Below, in pieces: positions 54,403 through 61,661 of a stretch of DNA of 64,000 nt. A program made the position numbers and the translations under genes. The first letter of the stretch is position 1, and each line of letters starts with the position of its first letter. The stretch comes from Clostridiales bacterium (GTDB lineage: Bacteria > Bacillota > Clostridia > Christensenellales > CAG-138): positions 22,286 to 86,285 of the forward strand of contig CAKJYC010000049.1 of NCBI GenBank assembly GCA_918244965.1. The letters are read 5' to 3'. The notes beneath the pieces were generated by a model. It saw only the letters and a program-made list of their open reading frames with translations. It was not told the origin of the DNA and searched no databases.

Positions 54403-55161
54403 TTATTGGTGATTCCGCTCCCGGAGGATCCCCGGCAGCTCGTTCAGTTCCCGGATCACATAATCGGCCTTCGGCGCGTCCGGCCCCTGAAAGGCGACGT
54501 CGCGGTGGGCGATCGAGGGGTTGTTGATGCGCACGATCAGGCCGAGGCCCGCATTGCGCGCGCCGAGCACATCGCGGGAGATCGTGTCGCCGACATAGCC
54601 GGTCTCCGCCGCCGTCACGCCCATGCGGGAAAACGCGATCTCAAAGATCCTCGGATCGGGCTTGCGGATCCCGGTCTCGCTCGACATCACGATGCATTCC
54701 ATGTACTGCGCGATCCCGTATTCGTTCATCATGTGCGGGACGAGCGAGGTGGAGATGATGTTGGAGATGATGCCCTGCCGGACGCCCATCGCGTGGATCT
54801 CTTTGATCGTTTCGACCAGATACGGCTTTCGCATGTTGATCATCCGCTCGTAGTCATAGAGGAAGCTCAGCTCCTCGGCGATCGGGGCAAGCCGCTCCTC
54901 GCCGATGTGAAACTCCTTGAGGTAGTATTCGTTCCAGATGACGGGGGCGGGCAACTCGGTCTTCTCGCGCTCGCCGCGGTGCTTGTACGCTTCGCCGTTC
55001 TCGCGCAGCAGCAGCTTCAGCTGTTCCGGCGTCGTGTCGAGCACGATGCCGTAATCGTTGAGCCTGCGGATCAGCCGGTCGGCAAAGCGAAGCTCCGAAT
55101 CCGCGGTGCGCGTGGCGGACTGCAGTGTTCCGCCGAGATCGTAAAGCAGCGTCGTGATCAT
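54403..55161 (-). CDS. HAD-IA-like hydrolase, tandem paralog 1 (first gene of the operon)
   Basis: LYDLGGTL, IISN, IRKPDPRIF, VGDTISRDV. Start at MITTLLYD, with GGAGG upstream. Confidence 0.8.
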   Translation of the reverse strand: MITTLLYDLGGTLQSATRTADSELRFADRLIRRLNDYGIVLDTTPEQLKLLLRENGEAYKHRGEREKTELPAPVIWNEYYLKEFHIGEERLAPIAEELSFLYDYERMINMRKPYLVETIKEIHAMGVRQGIISNIISTSLVPHMMNEYGIAQYMECIVMSSETGIRKPDPRIFEIAFSRMGVTAAETGYVGDTISRDVLGARNAGLGLIVRINNPSIAHRDVAFQGPDAPKADYVIRELNELPGILRERNHQ

Positions 55162-55190
55162 GGTTTCGCCTCCGAATTTCCCCATATTTA

Positions 55191-55241
55191 CGAAAACGTT
55201 TGCGCTATCATAATTGTAAACCGCTTACCGGTTTTTGTCAA
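55191..55241 (-). promoter_or_regulatory. Promoter plus operator of the 15-gene HAD-iol operon
   Basis: Minus strand: TTGACA (55241-55236), 17 nt, TACAAT (55218-55213), 7 nt, then GCGCAAACGTTTTCG (55205-55191). Confidence 0.7.
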
Positions 55242-55428
55242 TACATAAAAACGGAAGAACACGCAGGGATTTCGGAAAAAGATGCAAACGGGTCAGGATG
55301 CCCGGAACCGGCGGAAAGCAAAGGGAAATATACGGTTTTTGCGGGAGGGAAGGGCGGAGGGGAGGCGCTTTTGCGCATGAATAAGCATACGGTTTCGGAC
55401 GGCGGAGCGGAATCGTCTTTTTTTCGCG

Positions 55429-55479
55429 TTGACAAATGGCGGGAACGGTTGTAAAATGAATTGTCTGAAAACGTTTGCA
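55429..55479 (+). promoter_or_regulatory. Promoter plus operator (cre-like) of the LacI-family regulator operon
   Basis: TTGACA (55429-55434), 17 nt, TAAAAT (55452-55457), 8 nt, then TGAAAACGTTTGCA (55466-55479). Confidence 0.7.
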
Positions 55480-55512
55480 CTGCATTTACGGAATCTGATT
55501 TGGGAGGATACT

Positions 55513-56523
55513 ATGGGCTTTGTAACGCTCAAGGACGTCGCAAAGGTCGCCGGCGTTTCCTATGCGACCGTGTCGCGCGCGCTGTCCGGCAGTCCGGAGA
55601 TCGGCGAGAACACGCGCAAACGCGTCATCCGCATCTGCGAGGAGATGGGCTATACGCCCAACGCCGTCGCGCGGTCCATGGTGATGAAGCGCACGAACAT
55701 TCTGGGGCTCATCGTCACCAGTCTCAACAACCCGTTTATGAGCGAGATGACGGCGCACATCGAGATCTATGCGCGTCAGTGCGGCTACAATCTGATGGTC
55801 TGCAACTCTTCCTACGACCGCGAGCTCGAAAAGGAGGTCTTTTCGCTGCTGGTCAGCCGCAAGGTGGACGGCGTCATCATGATCCCGGTCGGCAACGAGT
55901 CCTACGACGCGCTGAAGACGCTGACAGCGCAGGTACCGACCGTGTTCATCGGCGAAAACATGCAGGACCTTCCCGAAAACTACGTCTCGGTCGACAACGC
56001 CGCGGGCATGCAGCACGCGACCGAATACCTGTACGGGCTCGGCCACCGGAAGATCCTGTACCTCGGCGCGCGCGAAAACAGCATGACGCATAAGCTCCGC
56101 GTGGGCGGATACCTGACCGCATGCGAACGGCTCGGCATTGCGCCGCATGTACTGAACAATACGAGCCCGCGAAGCTCGTTTGAGGTCGGCTATGCGCTGG
56201 CCGACGCGTATTTTGCCGGTACGCACGACGAGACGGCGGTGCTGTGCGCGGCGGACACGCTGGCGATCGGCGTCATCAAGGCGGCGTATGAGCGCGGCGT
56301 CCGCATCCCGGAGGATATTTCGCTGATGGGCTTCGACAACCTTTCCTTCTCGGCGCTGCCGCCGATCGACCTGACGACGGTGAACCAACCGAAGCAGGCG
56401 CTTGCGGCCGCCGCGGTGGACATGCTGCTGAACCGCATCAAGAACCCCGATGCGCCGTATACCAAGACCATTCTTTCGCCGTCCGTCGTGGAGCGCAGCT
56501 CCTGCCGCCGCACGGACGCATGA
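55513..56523 (+). CDS. LacI/GalR-family transcriptional regulator
   Basis: HTH VTLKDVAKVAGVSYATVSRAL plus a periplasmic-binding-protein-like sugar-binding core. GGGAGG RBS before ATG 55513. Confidence 0.9.
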   Translation: MGFVTLKDVAKVAGVSYATVSRALSGSPEIGENTRKRVIRICEEMGYTPNAVARSMVMKRTNILGLIVTSLNNPFMSEMTAHIEIYARQCGYNLMVCNSSYDRELEKEVFSLLVSRKVDGVIMIPVGNESYDALKTLTAQVPTVFIGENMQDLPENYVSVDNAAGMQHATEYLYGLGHRKILYLGARENSMTHKLRVGGYLTACERLGIAPHVLNNTSPRSSFEVGYALADAYFAGTHDETAVLCAADTLAIGVIKAAYERGVRIPEDISLMGFDNLSFSALPPIDLTTVNQPKQALAAAAVDMLLNRIKNPDAPYTKTILSPSVVERSSCRRTDA

Positions 56524-56540
56524 ATACAGAGGAGGGGACT

Positions 56541-57260
56541 ATGTACCGTTACGAACTGCATCTGCATACCGACGAATCCAGCAACTGCGGCCACGTGCCC
56601 GCCGCCGATCAGGTCAAAACCTATCGGGCGCTCGGCTACACGGGGATCTGCGTGACCGACCATCTGCACACCGCGCAGATCGCGCACTACAACGTGCCGG
56701 ACGACTGGACCGCGATCGTCGACCGCTATCTTGCGGGCTATCGCGCCGCGAAGGCGGCGGGGGACGCCTCAGGGCTTGACGTCATCTTCGGTGTCGAGCT
56801 GCGTTTCCCGGAAAACGACAGCGATTATCTGATCTACGGGATCGACGAGCAGTGGCTGTACGACCATCCGTGGATCACGAAAATGGACCATCGATCCTTC
56901 TTTGACCGGTTCCGCGACGAGGTGCTGATCATCCACGCGCACCCGTACCGCAACGGCAACGACGTGGTTTTCTGGGACTGCGTGCACGGCGTCGAGATCG
57001 TCAATATGAACCCGCGTCACGACAACCGCAACGCGCTTGCGTTCGGGCTTGTCAAGGCGCATCCGTACCTGCTGCGCATGGTCGGCTCCGACGCGCATCA
57101 GATCGGCGACGAGGGCCGCGCGGCGATCCTGACCGAACGGCGCGTGCGCGATTCGTATGAAATGAAGGACCTGCTTGTGTCGAAACAGTACAAGAACTGG
57201 AGCGCAGAGGCAGACGGGGAACGGATCATCCGGGAAAGCGAGGAAACACCGTATGTTTGA
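56541..57260 (+). CDS. PHP-domain metal-dependent phosphoesterase
   Basis: MYRYELHLHTDESSNCG, ...CVTDH..., ...IHAHPYR..., ...GSDAH.... GGAGGGG RBS. Confidence 0.75.
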   Translation: MYRYELHLHTDESSNCGHVPAADQVKTYRALGYTGICVTDHLHTAQIAHYNVPDDWTAIVDRYLAGYRAAKAAGDASGLDVIFGVELRFPENDSDYLIYGIDEQWLYDHPWITKMDHRSFFDRFRDEVLIIHAHPYRNGNDVVFWDCVHGVEIVNMNPRHDNRNALAFGLVKAHPYLLRMVGSDAHQIGDEGRAAILTERRVRDSYEMKDLLVSKQYKNWSAEADGERIIRESEETPYV

Positions 57261-58131
57261 TACCATGATCATCGGGCAGATCACGCTCGACCACAACATC
57301 GACTTTGACGGCCGTGAGGAGTTCATCAACGGCGGCGCGGTCACGTTTTCGGGCTATGCCGCGGCGGCGACCGGACGCTCGGTCGCGGTCGTGCCGAAGG
57401 GCGATACCAAGGTCATCGACCCGTTCAAAGTCTTTGCCGAAAGCCGGGTCGAGAAGGTCTTTGCGGTCGAGTCCGATACGTATACCGAGATGGAGAATAC
57501 CTACTTCACGGCGGACCGCGAACGCCGCCGCAGCCTGAACACAAGGGGCATCGAGCCGTACAAGCCGTCCGATCTGCCCGACGAGCAGGCGAAGATCTAT
57601 CATCTCGGCGGACTGGTCGCGGGCGATTTTCCGCTTGCGTTCGTCGAGGCGTGCGCCGCGCGCGGCGACGTCGGACTGGACGTGCAGGGCATGATGCGCT
57701 TCCGCAACGACGACGGCACGCTGGAGCTGCGCGACTGGCCGGAGAAGCAGCAGTGCCTGCCGCTGATCCGCTACCTCAAGACCGACGCGGCCGAGGCCGA
57801 GATGCTGACCGGAACCGCCGACCGCGAAAAAGCGGCGTTTCAGCTTTGCGCATGGGGCGCGAAGGAGGTCCTGATCACGCACAACACCGAAGCGATCGTC
57901 TGCGACGGCGAACGGATCTACCGCGCGCCGCTGCGCCCGCGCAATCTGTCCGGCCGCACCGGCCGGGGCGACACGACGTTTGCGGGCTATCTTTGCGAAC
58001 GTCTGAGCCACGATATCCCGACCGCGCTCGAATTTGCGGCGGCGCTGGTGTCGCTGAAGATGGAGACGCCAGGTCCGTTCAAGGGCACGCGCGACGACGT
58101 GCTGGCCTACATCGAGCGGTTCTACCGCTGA
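57253..58131 (+). CDS. Divergent PfkB/ribokinase-family carbohydrate kinase (short; not IolC-like)
   Basis: 292 aa. ...NGGAVTFSG..., ...LKTDAAEAEMLTG..., GRTGRGDTTFAGY (anion-hole/catalytic Asp motif). Overlaps the upstream stop by 8 nt. Confidence 0.7.
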   Translation: MFDTMIIGQITLDHNIDFDGREEFINGGAVTFSGYAAAATGRSVAVVPKGDTKVIDPFKVFAESRVEKVFAVESDTYTEMENTYFTADRERRRSLNTRGIEPYKPSDLPDEQAKIYHLGGLVAGDFPLAFVEACAARGDVGLDVQGMMRFRNDDGTLELRDWPEKQQCLPLIRYLKTDAAEAEMLTGTADREKAAFQLCAWGAKEVLITHNTEAIVCDGERIYRAPLRPRNLSGRTGRGDTTFAGYLCERLSHDIPTALEFAAALVSLKMETPGPFKGTRDDVLAYIERFYR

Positions 58132-58152
58132 ACCGGACGGGGAGGGACCCCT

Positions 58153-59358
58153 TTGGACAAACAGAATCGCCGCATCAGCGGCGCGATGGCGTTCATCCTG
58201 CTGATGGGCGTCGTCAGCCTGTTCTCGGACATGACGCATGAGGGCGCGCGGAGCGTCCTCGGCGAATACCTGCACCTTGCCGGCGCGTCCGGCGCGGCGA
58301 TCGGGTTCGTTTCGGGGATCGGCGAGCTTCTCGGCTATTCGCTGCGCCTTCTGTCCGGATTCCTTGCCGACAAAACCAAAAAATACTGGACGCTCGTGAT
58401 CGTGGGCTACGGCCTGCAGATGGCGGCGATCCCCGCGCTTGCCCTGATCCCGCAGAACGGCTGGATCTGGGCTTGTTTGCTTGTGACGCTGGAGCGCGTC
58501 GGCAAGGCGGTCAAAAAGCCCGCGAAGAACACGCTCGTCAGCTTTGCCGCGGGGGAGATCGGCACCGGCAAGGGCTTTGCGTATCAGGAATTCGTCGACC
58601 AACTCGGCGCGTTCTTGGGGCCGGTCCTTCTGTGGCTCGTCGCCGCGATCCACGGGACGGAGGACCTGTTTTCGACCTATCGCATCGGATTTGCCGTGCT
58701 CGGCGTTCCCGCGCTGATCACGGTCGCGCTGGTGCTGTTCTCCAAGGTCCGCTATCCGCATCCGGAGCAGTTTGAAACGGAGCGGGAGGCGCGCGGGCCG
58801 TTCCGCATCCGCCTGTCGTTTGTGTTCTTCATGTTCGCGATCGCGGCGTTCGCGTTCGGGTTTGCGGACTTCACGCTGATCACGCTGCACGCCGCGAACA
58901 CGCAGGCGGTCCCGGAGTCCGCGCTGCCGCTGCTCTACGCGGGCGCGATGGTCACGGACGCGTTTTCCGCGCTGTTCTTCGGCTGGCTGTTCGACCGCGT
59001 CGGCATGAAGGCGCTGGCCGTATCGACCGCCGTGTGCGCCGGGTTTTCGTGCTGCATCTTCCTGTCCGGCGATCCGGCCCTGATCGTGATCGGCGTCGTG
59101 CTGTGGGGCGTCGGCATGGGCGCGCAGGAGAGCATCCTGAACGCCGCCGTCAGCAAGCTCGTGCCGAAATCGGTCCGCAGCACCGGCTTCGGCGTGTTCG
59201 AGACGGTCTTCGGCGTCGCATGGTTTCTGGGAAGCTGGCTTTTAGGCGCGCTGTACGACCGAAGCCTTCCCGCGCTTGTCGCGGTGTCGACCTGCGCCGA
59301 AGCTCTTTCGATCCTGTTCTTCGTTCTCTGCGTGCAAAGACAAAAGAAGGAAGTATAA
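58153..59358 (+). CDS. MFS transporter
   Basis: ~400 aa, 12 TM helices. TTG start with GGAGGG upstream (an ATG alternative exists at 58186). ...FSDMTHEGARS... Confidence 0.75.
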   Translation: MDKQNRRISGAMAFILLMGVVSLFSDMTHEGARSVLGEYLHLAGASGAAIGFVSGIGELLGYSLRLLSGFLADKTKKYWTLVIVGYGLQMAAIPALALIPQNGWIWACLLVTLERVGKAVKKPAKNTLVSFAAGEIGTGKGFAYQEFVDQLGAFLGPVLLWLVAAIHGTEDLFSTYRIGFAVLGVPALITVALVLFSKVRYPHPEQFETEREARGPFRIRLSFVFFMFAIAAFAFGFADFTLITLHAANTQAVPESALPLLYAGAMVTDAFSALFFGWLFDRVGMKALAVSTAVCAGFSCCIFLSGDPALIVIGVVLWGVGMGAQESILNAAVSKLVPKSVRSTGFGVFETVFGVAWFLGSWLLGALYDRSLPALVAVSTCAEALSILFFVLCVQRQKKEV

Positions 59359-59371
59359 GCCAAAACAACAA

Positions 59372-59406
59372 AATCCCTGCCCGGATCGGACAGGGATTCT
59401 TTTTTC
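59372..59406. terminator. Bidirectional intrinsic terminator
   Basis: AAAACAACAAA-ATCCCTG-CCCGGATCGGA-CAGGGAT-TCTTTTTT. Confidence 0.8.
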
Positions 59407-59409
59407 GGT

Positions 59410-60666
59410 TCAGTGCAGAAGCAGGATGACCGGTTCGGCCGATGCGCAAACGGCGCCATTTTGAACCGGGACGTCGCGGCCGTCGAGGATGTTCTTGTAC
59501 ACGTCGTCCGGCACGGGGACGGGCGCGGGGGCGGCGCCTTTCATGCGGAACACGCCGACCGCCTTCTTCGGGCCGAGCGTCCACGTCGACACGATCACGT
59601 CGTGCTCGCACGCTTCGAGCGTATAGACGCCGTCACTGAACAGAGGATCCTTTTTCATTGCGATCAGCGTTTTGAGAAGCGCTTCGTGCATCGGTTCGCC
59701 GACGCGCGGGACCGGATCGGGATCGAACAGCGTCGGTACATGATCGACGCCCCATTCCTGTCCGCAGTACAAAAGCGGCGTGCCCTTCTGGAAGAACGTC
59801 CACGCGATCCAGTTTTCGCGCACCGTGCGGTCCGGGAACAGCGCCGCCGTGCGCGGCCGGTCGTGGTTTTCAGTGTTGCGCAGCTTGACGTAGTCTGCCG
59901 GATAGGTGCTTTCCTGCCGGACGAGCGCGTGGATGTACTGCCGCAGCGGGATCTTTCCCTCGGCATAGGCGGCGAAATCGGCGTAGATATCGTAGTCGTA
60001 GCAGATATCGAACGCCTCGTAGAGCTCGGAATCGGACAGCGCTTCGAGCCCGTTCATGCGGTGATAACGGATGAACTCGTGCTCGACGGACTCGGCAAGC
60101 CAGATGCAGCCGGGCCGGATCGGCTCGACGCGCCTGCGCGCCTCGATCCAGAACGCCTTGGGCACAAGCGCGGCGACGTCGCAGCGGAAGCCGTCGACCC
60201 ACCTTGCCCAGAAGCACAGCGTGTCAATGAGTTCGTCCCACAGCGGCCGCACGGAGAAGTCGAAATCGACGATGTCGGTCCAGTCGCCGACGTGGTTGCC
60301 GAACGAACCGTCCGGCTTTTTATAGAAGTATTCGGGATGCGTCCCGACGAGCACCGAATCCGGCGAGGTGTGATGGTACACCACGTCGATCAGCACCTTC
60401 AGCCCGAGCGCGTGCGCCGTATCGCACAGATGAACGAAGTCGTCCATTGTGCCGAATTCCGGGTTGATCGCGCGATAGTCGGAGATCGCGTACGGCGAGC
60501 CGAGCGTGCCCTTGCGCTTTTCGGTCCCGATCGGATGGATGGGCAGAAGCCAGATCGCGTCGACGCCGAGCGCGCGGATGCGGGGGAGGTCCGCCTCGAC
60601 GGCCGCGAACGTGCCGCCGAAGTTGCGGACGAAGATCGAATACAGGGTCATATTGCGCAGCTGCAT
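59410..60666 (-). CDS. GH13 alpha-amylase-family glycoside hydrolase (small, cytoplasmic)
   Basis: GVDAIWLLPIHP, LIDVVYHHTS, GFRCDVA, WLAES, NHD are GH13 regions I-IV. Start at MQLRN (60666), 7 nt after AAGGAG. Confidence 0.85.
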   Translation of the reverse strand: MQLRNMTLYSIFVRNFGGTFAAVEADLPRIRALGVDAIWLLPIHPIGTEKRKGTLGSPYAISDYRAINPEFGTMDDFVHLCDTAHALGLKVLIDVVYHHTSPDSVLVGTHPEYFYKKPDGSFGNHVGDWTDIVDFDFSVRPLWDELIDTLCFWARWVDGFRCDVAALVPKAFWIEARRRVEPIRPGCIWLAESVEHEFIRYHRMNGLEALSDSELYEAFDICYDYDIYADFAAYAEGKIPLRQYIHALVRQESTYPADYVKLRNTENHDRPRTAALFPDRTVRENWIAWTFFQKGTPLLYCGQEWGVDHVPTLFDPDPVPRVGEPMHEALLKTLIAMKKDPLFSDGVYTLEACEHDVIVSTWTLGPKKAVGVFRMKGAAPAPVPVPDDVYKNILDGRDVPVQNGAVCASAEPVILLLH

Positions 60667-60684
60667 CGTCATTCTCCTTTCGGT

Positions 60685-61410
60685 TCAGGATTCTTCCGGC
60701 GCGAACGTGAAGCACAGCCGGAACAGCTTCTGTCCTTCGGCCTCGCCGGAAAGCAGAAACGTGTCGGGCTGCACCTCGCTTTTTAAGAGGACGTCCGCGT
60801 CCATGCGCGCTTCACGCGCATACTCGGTCTGAATGCCGCAGAGTCTTCGCGTGCGGAACGCTTCGGGCATGCGGTCCTCGGCCAGATCGAAATAGCGCGT
60901 GTTGCCCATGTGTCCGTTCAGGTCCACATAGCTGAACGGTACGGTGAACGTCTCGGCTTCGTCGGTCTGCGGCATCTTCGGCGCGCGCGGCAGCGGGATC
61001 TCTTTGCCGGTTTTCATGCCCTTGATCGCGACGCCGTATTCCTCCGGAAAGATGACCTTGCGCGTGGCCTGATCCATCAGCGCCCACAGCGCGCTCGCCT
61101 CGATCAGCACGCTGCCCGCCGCGTCCGTGACGCGGTAGTAGCGCGGGAACAGGATGTGCATCGTGTTGCCCGGCCACGTTGAAAGATGCACGACCTCGTC
61201 GTACACCGGCATGCGCGTGATCTTCGCCTGCTGCAGCGTCACGATCCATAAAAGGCCGCGGTCCATCGTCATGTCGCGGCCCATCTTGAGCGCGGTCGTG
61301 TGGTCGATCGACATCTCCTGCAGGATCGTGAACATGCGCGAAACGCGCAGCCGCAAAAACGCGTCCGCGTCGGAGCTTCGGATGCGATAATCGAGTTCAA
61401 ACACGCTCAT
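60685..61410 (-). CDS. Acyl-ACP thioesterase family protein
   Basis: Double hotdog. YRIRSSDADAF..., ...VDLNGHMGNTRY.... Start at MSVFELDY, overlapping the ACP stop. Confidence 0.75.
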   Translation of the reverse strand: MSVFELDYRIRSSDADAFLRLRVSRMFTILQEMSIDHTTALKMGRDMTMDRGLLWIVTLQQAKITRMPVYDEVVHLSTWPGNTMHILFPRYYRVTDAAGSVLIEASALWALMDQATRKVIFPEEYGVAIKGMKTGKEIPLPRAPKMPQTDEAETFTVPFSYVDLNGHMGNTRYFDLAEDRMPEAFRTRRLCGIQTEYAREARMDADVLLKSEVQPDTFLLSGEAEGQKLFRLCFTFAPEES

Positions 61411-61661
61411 GCCTTTGAGACGCGCTTTTCGATCGCGTCGACCACGTCGCCGAGCGTGGACAGCTTTTGCCACTGGCGGTTCGGGATGCGCACGTCGAAC
61501 GCCGCTTCAAGGCGGCAGATGATCAGCGTAAAGCCCATCGAGTCGATGCCGGTGTCGGTGTTGATGACGGTGGATTCGTCGAATTCCCTGCCCTCAAGCT
61601 CCGGCAGCGAATCGACGATGATCTCTTTCGTTTTGTTCAGGATCTCTTCTCTGAGGCTCAT
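61407..61661 (-). CDS. Acyl carrier protein
   Basis: 84 aa. DTGIDSMGF phosphopantetheine-attachment Ser. ATGA overlap with the ligase stop. GGGAGGG RBS. Confidence 0.8.
   Translation of the reverse strand: MSLREEILNKTKEIIVDSLPELEGREFDESTVINTDTGIDSMGFTLIICRLEAAFDVRIPNRQWQKLSTLGDVVDAIEKRVSKA

Noticed and set aside
55250-55428. Possible small ORFs or sRNA in the 350-bp divergent region between the iol operon and the LacI gene (track ORFs of 79-86 aa).
   Set aside because: There are no RBSs, and the translations are low in complexity. The region is already accounted for by two back-to-back promoters and operators. I could not find a convincing terminator or conserved structure.
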